A DNA stretch of 38,696 bases. Origin: a virus. The position numbers and the translations under genes are program-made. Location of the stretch: positions 1 through 38,696 of the IMG/VR virus record IMGVR_UViG_3300045988_140085; one strand, written 5' to 3'. Below, piece by piece: positions 9,161 through 16,720 of the stretch. The first letter of the stretch is position 1. Each line of letters opens with the position of its first letter. A model generated the notes under the pieces. The model searched no databases, was not told the DNA's origin, and saw nothing but the letters and a program-made list of their open reading frames with translations.

Positions 9161-9885
9161 TGAAAGGTATCTTATACGACTTCGACGTTGCAGACGTCAA
9201 CATATCGGGAGATGGGTTTAGCGGCCCGTACGAAGAGTTTGGCGTAAAAACTCCTACTCGTTTGGGTGTCTTCTGTAACTTCTATAAATCCGTAATCACG
9301 GATATGCGCCCGGTCAAAATTACAGCAGAGATACGTTGTAACTACGAACTGTGGCAAGGCCCGTATTTGAACTTTGTCATGGACGCAAACGTAGGCAAAG
9401 CGAAACGTGTAGAACTCTCTATACTCAACACGATTGGCGAATATCTATACATCGCCCCCGGTGGCACAGGTGTTACATCTGACGCTTTTTTGCAGATACG
9501 TGTGGTTAAAATTGAATCGATCAATTTTAACGACCCCCCGGTTGTATTCCCGGACGGCGTTTGGACCGAAAGCGAGAATACATACCGGGTCAATAACGAT
9601 ACGACTATGTACCAAACGCCAAACGTCCCGGCTAACTCCGGACCGTTTACAAAGGGTATCATCGACAACCAAAATGTCGCACTTATCGCCGTGTCACAGG
9701 TATGCCGCATCACCAAGCCCGAGATAGGTGCACAGATCGGGGCGCGGATTATCAATCGGCGTGCGGGTGAGATCGCTGGGGTACTGGCCGATGCAAAGAA
9801 GCAGGCACAGAAAGACGGCGCGACAGATGTCTCTATCGAACTGATCGACGAACAACTTTTATTCACGGGACGCTATGAAGATTAA
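9160..9885 (+). CDS. Hypothetical baseplate-module protein
   Basis: 241 aa ORF whose start overlaps the spike stop (TAATG). Confidence 0.5.
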   Translation: MKGILYDFDVADVNISGDGFSGPYEEFGVKTPTRLGVFCNFYKSVITDMRPVKITAEIRCNYELWQGPYLNFVMDANVGKAKRVELSILNTIGEYLYIAPGGTGVTSDAFLQIRVVKIESINFNDPPVVFPDGVWTESENTYRVNNDTTMYQTPNVPANSGPFTKGIIDNQNVALIAVSQVCRITKPEIGAQIGARIINRRAGEIAGVLADAKKQAQKDGATDVSIELIDEQLLFTGRYED

Positions 9886-10195
9886 AGAGAATACGACTAT
9901 TGTCGACGTCGCGTTTAACCTATACGGCTCGCTGACGGGCATCCCCGCCATCCTGCGACAACTGCCCGTCAGCGAACGTATTGGTTTCGATACGCTACCC
10001 GGTATGGGTGAGGATGTTGCAGACATCGGCCAAACGTGGACGCCGGACCTTGCAGGTAAGGACGTAACTATTAAGGTTGAGAAAGTGTATAACACGCTCG
10101 GCGTTGCGAAAGCCCCGTACTCCACAGACCTTTACCGGATCGGGGCCGCTGTAAGGTATGGGGAAGGGATTATCGAAACGCTTTTAAATACGTAA
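9875..10195 (+). CDS. Hypothetical small baseplate-module protein (weak LysM / tail-protein-X-like N-terminus)
   Basis: 106 aa. TIVDVAFNLYGSLTGIPAILRQLP resembles the gpX/LysM pattern, but this is weak. Confidence 0.4.
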   Translation: MKIKENTTIVDVAFNLYGSLTGIPAILRQLPVSERIGFDTLPGMGEDVADIGQTWTPDLAGKDVTIKVEKVYNTLGVAKAPYSTDLYRIGAAVRYGEGIIETLLNT

Positions 10196-10199
10196 TATA

Positions 10200-10598
10200 A
10201 TGGCAGAGTTTTTTACCAAGTCGGAACTTACGCGCTCCGACGTAGCGAAAGAAAGGGGGATTGACAACACCCCTACACCCCAAGCGTTGGCCGCACTCGA
10301 CGCTTTGATGTGGAACGTACTGGACCCGATCCGTCGAATGTGGGGGCACCAGATCATCGTCAACAGCGGGTACCGATGTCCGAAGTTGAACGCGGCAGTC
10401 GGCGGCTCCGCAACGTCGCAACACATGAAAGGTGAGGCGGCGGATATTACGGCGGGCGATCCGGAGAAAAACAAGGTACTATTCGACATGATCGCACGCT
10501 CCGCAATCCCGTTCGATCAGTTGATCGACGAAAAGAACTACCGTTGGATTCACGTTTCGTACCGCCCTAACGGACGTCGGAGCGTATTACACCTATAA
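10200..10598 (+). CDS. Peptidase M15 (M15A/VanY-like) peptidoglycan hydrolase, probable endolysin
   Basis: SGYRCPKLNAAVGGSATSQHMKGEAADI ... YRWIHVSY gives the canonical H/D/H zinc ligand arrangement of the M15_3 family. Confidence 0.85.
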   Translation: MAEFFTKSELTRSDVAKERGIDNTPTPQALAALDALMWNVLDPIRRMWGHQIIVNSGYRCPKLNAAVGGSATSQHMKGEAADITAGDPEKNKVLFDMIARSAIPFDQLIDEKNYRWIHVSYRPNGRRSVLHL

Positions 10599-10601
10599 AC
10601 T

Positions 10602-11399
10602 ATGGGAGCAGTAACCACAATTACTAACGCGCTGAAAGCCGTACTGCCCACGTTCGGAACGACGAACGCGGACATCGAGAGTAAAATCATCGATGTAGTA
10701 GGTACGTTGGCCGACAGCGAAGCGATGGAGCGTAATAATACGTTGAACGTTATCAACGAAGCGCTCGCAAATCAGAAGATCACGACGGTGGAATACTACC
10801 GTCGGAAAGCCGTTGCGTTCCAGTACAGCGATTCGTTGGTCTATGATCCGATCAATCAAGGTGGGTATTACGACACAATCGACACGGAGAAACAGATCAT
10901 CAAGCAGGCATACGTTGTCGGTGCTTATCCGAACTGGACCTTACTTGCCAACGCACTCGGCACGAACGGTCATCTGCGGAAACTCACCGCCGACGAGTTG
11001 TCCTCGTTGCAGACCTATTTCAAAGCGTTCCAACCGATGGGGCTGGAATTGAACGTTACGTCTATGGACGTTGCGAAGATCACCGACCCCGGCCTTATCA
11101 TCTATGTGCAGACAGGTACGGACGCACAATACGCCGCAGACCAAATTACGGCAAACCTGTTATCACACGAAGCGACCCTGCGAGAGACCAATACCGTCAC
11201 GTTGACCGAGATCGTGGACGTAATTCAGCAGTATGAAAAGGTACGCGCGGTAAGTTTCGGCAATCCTGTCGCAACGGAGGTTGCGCTGGATGGAAGTACT
11301 CGTACTGTCAAACCTGTTGACGGTATCTTCAACCTCACGAACGGTGCGTTTACGTTTGCCACACCGATCACTACGGCACTTATTAAAACGCTTGCGTAA
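10602..11399 (+). CDS. Baseplate wedge protein (gpJ-like candidate)
   Basis: 265 aa ORF upstream of the fibre genes; the call is positional with weak pattern similarity. Confidence 0.4.
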   Translation: MGAVTTITNALKAVLPTFGTTNADIESKIIDVVGTLADSEAMERNNTLNVINEALANQKITTVEYYRRKAVAFQYSDSLVYDPINQGGYYDTIDTEKQIIKQAYVVGAYPNWTLLANALGTNGHLRKLTADELSSLQTYFKAFQPMGLELNVTSMDVAKITDPGLIIYVQTGTDAQYAADQITANLLSHEATLRETNTVTLTEIVDVIQQYEKVRAVSFGNPVATEVALDGSTRTVKPVDGIFNLTNGAFTFATPITTALIKTLA

Positions 11400-11863
11400 T
11401 GTTCCGATACATCGACATGCCTAAGTTGGTTGCGTTCTACCTGCGGGAGTTTTCATACGACGCAGGTGGGAACGCTTCCAACTTATACAAATTCGTCTTC
11501 TGCCTTTGCCTGCCGTTCGTCTCACGCACGTTCCGTCGTGCAAGACTGATCGCGTTGGCGATAGCGGAATGTACCAACAGCCAAGACCAAATTACTCGGG
11601 TCTTGGAGAAAATCACAGGTGCGAAAGCCGATTATATTTCACTCGACGATAGCTACTATCTATCGTACGACGGCACGGGCAATACGCCGGAGTTCCCTTA
11701 CAACGTGTTAAGCGAACCGTTGGTACCATTCAGCGAAACGCCTAACCAACTGTATATGTACATCGATCTTAACGGTGCATCAGAAGATGAGGTACGTGCA
11801 TACCTGCAACTACTTATACCGTTTTACGTTAAAGTAAACTTAGTTTTTGGTCCTAAACCTTAA
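11399..11863 (+). CDS. Hypothetical baseplate/tail protein
   Basis: 154 aa ORF with an ATG overlapping the upstream stop (TAATG). Confidence 0.5.
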   Translation: MFRYIDMPKLVAFYLREFSYDAGGNASNLYKFVFCLCLPFVSRTFRRARLIALAIAECTNSQDQITRVLEKITGAKADYISLDDSYYLSYDGTGNTPEFPYNVLSEPLVPFSETPNQLYMYIDLNGASEDEVRAYLQLLIPFYVKVNLVFGPKP

Positions 11864-11868
11864 TAGTT

Positions 11869-12882
11869 ATGTCAATTCTCAAAATTAATAGCGCAAACCC
11901 CGGCGTAAAACGCCCGTTAAAGGTCGAGGACCTTGCAAACCTGTGGGAGGGTATCGAAAGTGCGTTGGCACAGGGGACAGATGGCAAACCGCGTATCATT
12001 TGTGGTTTCGACACGAATGATTATGACGAGTTGGAGCCGGGTATAATAGCGTTCAACGGACATCTCTATATGTACGATGCCGAGTTGAGCTTACAGGTGG
12101 GTTCCGATATATACGCCGCAGAGATTTCTACGGGTGATACTCGTGTGCTGGGAGACGGTACGACGCAAATATTCTCCTACGCGCGTGTTATCACGACCAG
12201 TTCGACCGCACCGGGTGCGGTTCTTATTGGCGAGGCCACGCTTGAGAACCTCGAAGCGTGGAAAGCACCCCTTGCAATCCCCGGGTCGTCCATTCTCACG
12301 AATATGATACGCGACTTGGCTATAACGACGTCGAAACTCGCCGACGAATCGGTAACGGGCGAGAAGATCGCCGACGAATCGATAACCGGCGGTAAGCTCG
12401 CCGACGGTGCGTTGGGGACAATGCAACTCGCGGACAGCGCTGTCACGCAATTCAAAATGGACTATGTGGTACGCCCGTGTCTGATCTCGTCCATACCTTT
12501 CGAGTTCTCCCCCAGTTCCACAAACCTCCAACCCAAACTATCCAATCTTATGATAAGCCCGTCCGTCTCCGGGCAAGGTGTGTGGGAGACGAAGATTCTG
12601 AAACTCGTAAACATTGCGACGTCCGGTCTTATGCTTACGGTTGCACTAAATGACTTAGGTTCGTCCTATGAGGATATGCCTGCAATCATCCCTATTATGG
12701 TATCGCACACTAACCCGGACGTTTCTATAACGGTAAGGTTCTCCTACCCCGATCCTATTGAGGGTGGTATACGTTTCACCGTACCGTACACGTTACAAGA
12801 CGGTAAGGGTATGCAGGTCATGCTGGCAAAGTGTTCGACAAGACCATGCTACTTACCCATTTCTGTAATACAAGAGGCGTAA
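11869..12882 (+). CDS. Tail fibre / receptor-binding protein
   Basis: Contains fibre-type decapeptide repeats (ITTSKLADESVTGEKIADESITGGKLADGALGTMQLADSAVTQ). It is the last large gene of the tail module. Confidence 0.7.
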   Translation: MSILKINSANPGVKRPLKVEDLANLWEGIESALAQGTDGKPRIICGFDTNDYDELEPGIIAFNGHLYMYDAELSLQVGSDIYAAEISTGDTRVLGDGTTQIFSYARVITTSSTAPGAVLIGEATLENLEAWKAPLAIPGSSILTNMIRDLAITTSKLADESVTGEKIADESITGGKLADGALGTMQLADSAVTQFKMDYVVRPCLISSIPFEFSPSSTNLQPKLSNLMISPSVSGQGVWETKILKLVNIATSGLMLTVALNDLGSSYEDMPAIIPIMVSHTNPDVSITVRFSYPDPIEGGIRFTVPYTLQDGKGMQVMLAKCSTRPCYLPISVIQEA

Positions 12883-12883
12883 T

Positions 12884-13195
12884 ATGAAAATCGTATATAA
12901 CAACATAATCCCTTTTAAGGGGTTTGCGGCGATCAATCTGTTCGGAGTAATATTTGCACGCAAAGAATGCCGCCCGTTATCAACATCAACTGTGAATCAC
13001 GAAGCGATTCACACGGAACAGATGAAAGAGTTGCTATATATAGGCTTCTATGTATGCTACGTCGTAGAGTGGCTGGTACGTCTCTTTATGAAAGGTAACG
13101 CATACCGTAACATCTCGTTCGAGAAAGAAGCGTATAATTGTCAACATATACCCAGCTACACGCAAATCAGACAACGGTTTGCTATGTGGAGATAA
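12884..13195 (+). CDS. Small membrane protein with an HExxH motif (NHEAIHTEQ)
   Basis: 103 aa. HEAIH is followed by a hydrophobic helix (LLYIGFYVCYVVEWLVRLF) and a FEKEAY motif. It is the last gene of the late arm. Confidence 0.55.
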   Translation: MKIVYNNIIPFKGFAAINLFGVIFARKECRPLSTSTVNHEAIHTEQMKELLYIGFYVCYVVEWLVRLFMKGNAYRNISFEKEAYNCQHIPSYTQIRQRFAMWR

Positions 13196-13196
13196 G

Positions 13197-13223
13197 AAAA
13201 GCCCGACTATTTGTCGGGCTTTT
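13197..13223. terminator. Bidirectional rho-independent terminator aaaa-gcccgac-tattt-gtcgggc-tttt
   Basis: 7-bp GC stem flanked by A4 and T4. Sits exactly where the convergent late and early arms meet. Confidence 0.8.
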
Positions 13224-13359
13224 GCCGTTTTAAACGTTTCTGTTTGTCACGCTGTCGCGCACGTTTCTGCCTACGCATCGGAACGTTGTCGTCATACAAC
13301 TCAATCGTGTAGGCTGTACCGTCATCGTTCCACAATCTTCTGATAGGTCTGTCCGTCAT
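13207..13359 (-). CDS. Small basic protein, 50 aa (MTDRPIRRLWNDDGTAYTIELYDDNVPMRRQKRARQRDKQKRLKRQKPDK), not in the ORF track
   Basis: Its ATG overlaps the upstream stop (ATGA at 13359..13356). Its stop lies in the terminator stem. Confidence 0.4.
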   Translation of the reverse strand: MTDRPIRRLWNDDGTAYTIELYDDNVPMRRQKRARQRDKQKRLKRQKPDK

Positions 13360-13598
13360 ACTTCATAGATTATGTAAAAATCTTTCCACGAAAGTTCACG
13401 ACCGTCGGGACGGCTTAGGGGCTCTCCGCCCCATCCATACCAAGTATGTACGAGGTCTGCGTCCAAACGTCCGCACCAGCATTCGTTGTGTCGCTCAACG
13501 TAAACCGTATAGATGCCACACGACGCGAAACCAATGTCGCCGTTTGTCAACTTCTCGGTAAGTGCTTCTTTGACCCAATCGGGTATTATCTGTGCCAT
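13356..13598 (-). CDS. Hypothetical protein
   Basis: 80 aa ORF with start context tatagtATG. Confidence 0.55.
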   Translation of the reverse strand: MAQIIPDWVKEALTEKLTNGDIGFASCGIYTVYVERHNECWCGRLDADLVHTWYGWGGEPLSRPDGRELSWKDFYIIYEV

Positions 13599-13721
13599 AC
13601 TATAAATCTATTATCCATTCGATAAACACTACCAGTAGTCTGAGAAAGAAACAGATGAAAATTAGTGCTCCTGCGCATACTGACAGTAGCAGTAGAGTAA
13701 AAACGATCCAGTCCAGTATCA

Positions 13722-15059
13722 TTACATTGAAGTGTAAAAAGTTTCTGCGTCGCGCTCTTTGCGCTGTAAAATTTTGAGTACTTTCTCGTCGATTGTTCCA
13801 CGAGTGATAAGATGGATGATACTCACGGTTTCACGTTGTCCGCTTCGATGCAGACGTTTGTTCAACTGTGCGTAAAGTTCGGCGTCGTATGTAAGGCTGT
13901 ACCAAACGACTACTGACCCGCCAAACTGTAAGTTGAGCCCGTGGCCTACACTCGCCGGGTGGACCAGCGCCATGCCGATCTTCCGGGCGTTCCAATCGGC
14001 AATGTCCTGCGGCGTATCGAGGCGTCGGGCCGTCGGGAAGGCTTTTTTTAACTCCTCATACTCGCTCTTAAAACCATAGGCCACGAGCAATCCCCCGTCA
14101 TACGATTCTCGGAGGTCTTTGAGAGCCTCTATTTTTTCGGTATGCACCACGTCATACGTTTCGTTCGTATCGTCCAAGTACACGCACCCGGATGCGAACT
14201 GACGTAGTTTCATACCGAGCGACGTACGGGAGAACGCAAGGAATGTTTTCTCATCGCCCCCGTAAGGTTTGCCCCCGTTCTCCTTTTCGAACGCAAGTAC
14301 GTTTGTCTCTTCGAACGTTTTGTACTCGCTCATCCGCTTTTTAGGTAGATCGATATACACGTTCTTATAAAGGCACTCCGGTAAGGCGACACTATTTTTG
14401 ACGATGTACACCAAGTGCCGACAGTCGCTCATCAGTTGATCCACCTGCGACGGGTCTACCTCGTAAATCGACACAACCCCATTTACTTGGTATTTCACAC
14501 GACAGTAGCGACGGTAGAACTCTCCGAGCGTACGGCCTAACGCCGCTCCGCCGTCCAACAGGAAACATTGATGCCACAGACCTATGTACCCGTTATGTAC
14601 AGGTGTGCCGGACAAAAGGATGCGACGCGGGACCTTGTTACAGATACGCCGGGCTTCACGACTGCGTAACGATTGCTTATGCTTCATTAAGGTCGATTCA
14701 TCGATGATGACGCAGTCCCAACAACCGTGCGGGATTTCCTTAATGCGGGTCACGCTACACACGCATACCTTATGCGGTTCCGGGGACATAAGGAACAACT
14801 TCACGTCCAACGCTTTTTCACAGTAACGCACGTTGAGGCCCATGTTGAACGTAGCCGCTTCCTGCGACCACACGCTCGATGCTACACGTTTTGGGGCTAT
14901 TATAAGTATGTTCTTTAAGCCCTCTCGTACGATCAAAGCGGCGGTCGCAGTCAGCGTTGCCAACGTTTTACCAGCACCCATCGGCGCGACGATCAGAACG
15001 TTTTTACGTTCCATCTCTACACGCACGATGCTCTTTTGGTATTCGCGTAACTCTACCAT
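13722..15059 (-). CDS. SNF2-family (DEAD-like) DNA helicase/translocase
   Basis: Walker A APMGAGKT, motif II VIIDEST, SNF2 motif III LLSGTPVHNG, motif VI HGLNLQFGG...HRSGQ. Confidence 0.85.
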   Translation of the reverse strand: MVELREYQKSIVRVEMERKNVLIVAPMGAGKTLATLTATAALIVREGLKNILIIAPKRVASSVWSQEAATFNMGLNVRYCEKALDVKLFLMSPEPHKVCVCSVTRIKEIPHGCWDCVIIDESTLMKHKQSLRSREARRICNKVPRRILLSGTPVHNGYIGLWHQCFLLDGGAALGRTLGEFYRRYCRVKYQVNGVVSIYEVDPSQVDQLMSDCRHLVYIVKNSVALPECLYKNVYIDLPKKRMSEYKTFEETNVLAFEKENGGKPYGGDEKTFLAFSRTSLGMKLRQFASGCVYLDDTNETYDVVHTEKIEALKDLRESYDGGLLVAYGFKSEYEELKKAFPTARRLDTPQDIADWNARKIGMALVHPASVGHGLNLQFGGSVVVWYSLTYDAELYAQLNKRLHRSGQRETVSIIHLITRGTIDEKVLKILQRKERDAETFYTSM

Positions 15060-15184
15060 CTGTTACGTTTTTTGTACTCGTTCCATTCACGTTGCTTTAC
15101 CACTTTACGGTACAGGATATGCACCAGTATCACGAGTGGCGCAACGATCATGACAAGCAGTATCATACACACGAAGTACATCAT
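15053..15184 (-). CDS. Micro-ORF, 43 aa single-pass membrane peptide (MMYFVCMILLVMIVAPLVILVHILYRKVVKQREWNEYKKRNRW), not in the ORF track
   Basis: Its ATG overlaps the Dps stop (ATGA). Its TGGTAG end overlaps the helicase ATG (ATGGTAG). It exactly fills the 121-nt gap. Confidence 0.5.
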   Translation of the reverse strand: MMYFVCMILLVMIVAPLVILVHILYRKVVKQREWNEYKKRNRW

Positions 15185-15645
15185 ACGGCGGCCGTCCAGT
15201 TTGCGAGGAAACCATCGAGGAACAGGATGTGATGACGAAGCGCACTCGAAATGTTCAGTACGTCGTTCTCGGTGGTGGGATCGAAAAAGCCCTCCCGCAC
15301 TCCGCTGTGAATGCTCTCGATAAGCACGTTGAGTTCGTTGCGTGTACGTTCAACCATCAGTTCTGCCCCAATTGCGATTTGCGGGTCTTCCGCAACGATT
15401 GACCTTTCGACAAATTCGGACAAACCAATGTAAGGCACGCCGCCGATTACACGTTGCGTCTCGGCCACCTTGTCGGCGGCATCGAGGAGTGTCTTCCACA
15501 CGTCGTCGAACTCCAAATGGAGTGAACGGAAATGCGTTCCCGCCACCAGCCAATGCCGGCCTTTTACATTCATCGCTACTACTTCGATAGTCGCCAGCAG
15601 GATGTTCAGTGCGTCCTGCTGTTCGTCATTGTTTGTTCTTGCCAT
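15181..15645 (-). CDS. dps: Dps-family ferritin-like protein (DNA protection / ferroxidase)
   Basis: KGRHWLVAGTHFRSLHLEFDD...DAADKVAETQRVIGG. The residues His31, Trp32, His43, Asp58 and Glu62 sit at the canonical Dps ferroxidase positions. Confidence 0.85.
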   Translation of the reverse strand: MARTNNDEQQDALNILLATIEVVAMNVKGRHWLVAGTHFRSLHLEFDDVWKTLLDAADKVAETQRVIGGVPYIGLSEFVERSIVAEDPQIAIGAELMVERTRNELNVLIESIHSGVREGFFDPTTENDVLNISSALRHHILFLDGFLANWTAAV

Positions 15646-15647
15646 AG

Positions 15648-15947
15648 CTAATACGTTTTGTAAGATAATGTTTGAAGTTCTTTAAGGTTATGTACAGGTA
15701 CGTCTAATACGTACGTTTCGATTCCTTGCTCTTTAAGCATTTTGTGAAAGAATACTTGCGCTTCTGTGCATACCTTTCCCGTGGTCTTAGTCTCCACGTA
15801 AAAGGTATGTCCGTTACAATGCACGAGATAGTCCGGTATACCCTTGTTGGTTATCGGGTGCATCTTAAAGATAAGGCCGTCGGCCTCCTTTATTACGTTG
15901 AGTAGGTATTTCGCAACGAGTTTTTCGCTATAAATTTTCTTACTCAT
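15648..15947 (-). CDS. VRR-NUC domain nuclease
   Basis: GIPDYLVHCNGHTFYVETKTTGKVCTEAQVFFHKML fits the PD-(D/E)xK VRR-NUC pattern. Start taken at MSKKIY (8-nt overlap with the upstream gene). Confidence 0.75.
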   Translation of the reverse strand: MSKKIYSEKLVAKYLLNVIKEADGLIFKMHPITNKGIPDYLVHCNGHTFYVETKTTGKVCTEAQVFFHKMLKEQGIETYVLDVPVHNLKELQTLSYKTY

Positions 15948-16227
15948 AGTCGTTAAATTTATGCGTTCCTGCGTCCGGGTCAATCGTCACATCCAACGTG
16001 ACTACCCGTGTCAGATTATCATCGACGTAATTGAGTACGTCGTTTGCGAGCACAAAATCTCCCTTATCTACAATTACTGCCGTAACAAGATATTCGTGCT
16101 TGTCGTATGCGTCGCAAAACGCAGGAAATGTTGAGGGGTTAACCTCCACGACGTGCTCCCCGTTGGTCGCAAGTCGTTGCACAGCGGAGAACTTATAGTA
16201 CGGCTTGTTCGAAAGGTTAATTATCAT
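15940..16227 (-). CDS. Hypothetical protein
   Basis: 95 aa ORF with an ATGA overlap with the upstream gene. Confidence 0.55.
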   Translation of the reverse strand: MIINLSNKPYYKFSAVQRLATNGEHVVEVNPSTFPAFCDAYDKHEYLVTAVIVDKGDFVLANDVLNYVDDNLTRVVTLDVTIDPDAGTHKFNDYE

Positions 16228-16715
16228 GGCTTTGCCAACTCTTTAAGTTTATCTTTAAAGTATTCGCTACGTATTTTGTACACCATAGAATGGCGTACCT
16301 TTAACTTAGGCATAATATCCTTTACGCTCAAACCTTGTTCGAGGAGGATGATAACCGCCAGTTGTATACAATGGGGGTAGTTGTATTCTACAATTTCGTC
16401 CCAAAACGTGGGGAATTTGTATTTCTCTTTTATCACCCCCATGACGGCGTCATAGTTGGGTATCTTCTGCAACTCTTTGATGGGTCGCGTCTCGAAACTG
16501 TACAGCGCGTAACGTATACGCGCTAACGGTACAGTCTCGTCCATAAGCATGGACATAGCCAATATCGAACCGTTCTTATCGTTTCGGTCCACCAAACGTC
16601 TTGCCGTCCATGAAAGATAAGGTGCGTGGCCAAACTTGGCGAGTTGCTCACATAGAGCGTACGGCACCTTGAATTTCGACATCTCTATGTAAAAAAAGTC
16701 TACTACCGGATTCAT
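16224..16715 (-). CDS. Hypothetical protein (possible C-terminal helix-turn-helix)
   Basis: ORF. Start moved to MNPVV (TAAATAGTATG, right after the primase stop). C-terminal LSVKDIMPKLKVRHSMVYKIRSEYF is HTH-like, but this is weak. Confidence 0.5.
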   Translation of the reverse strand: MNPVVDFFYIEMSKFKVPYALCEQLAKFGHAPYLSWTARRLVDRNDKNGSILAMSMLMDETVPLARIRYALYSFETRPIKELQKIPNYDAVMGVIKEKYKFPTFWDEIVEYNYPHCIQLAVIILLEQGLSVKDIMPKLKVRHSMVYKIRSEYFKDKLKELAKP

Positions 16716-16720
16716 ACTAT

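Noticed and set aside
12330-12440. Tail-fibre internal DNA repeats as a diversity-generating retroelement target
   Set aside because: The repeats are adjacent in-frame copies of a structural decapeptide. There is no reverse transcriptase and no separate template repeat elsewhere in the genome.
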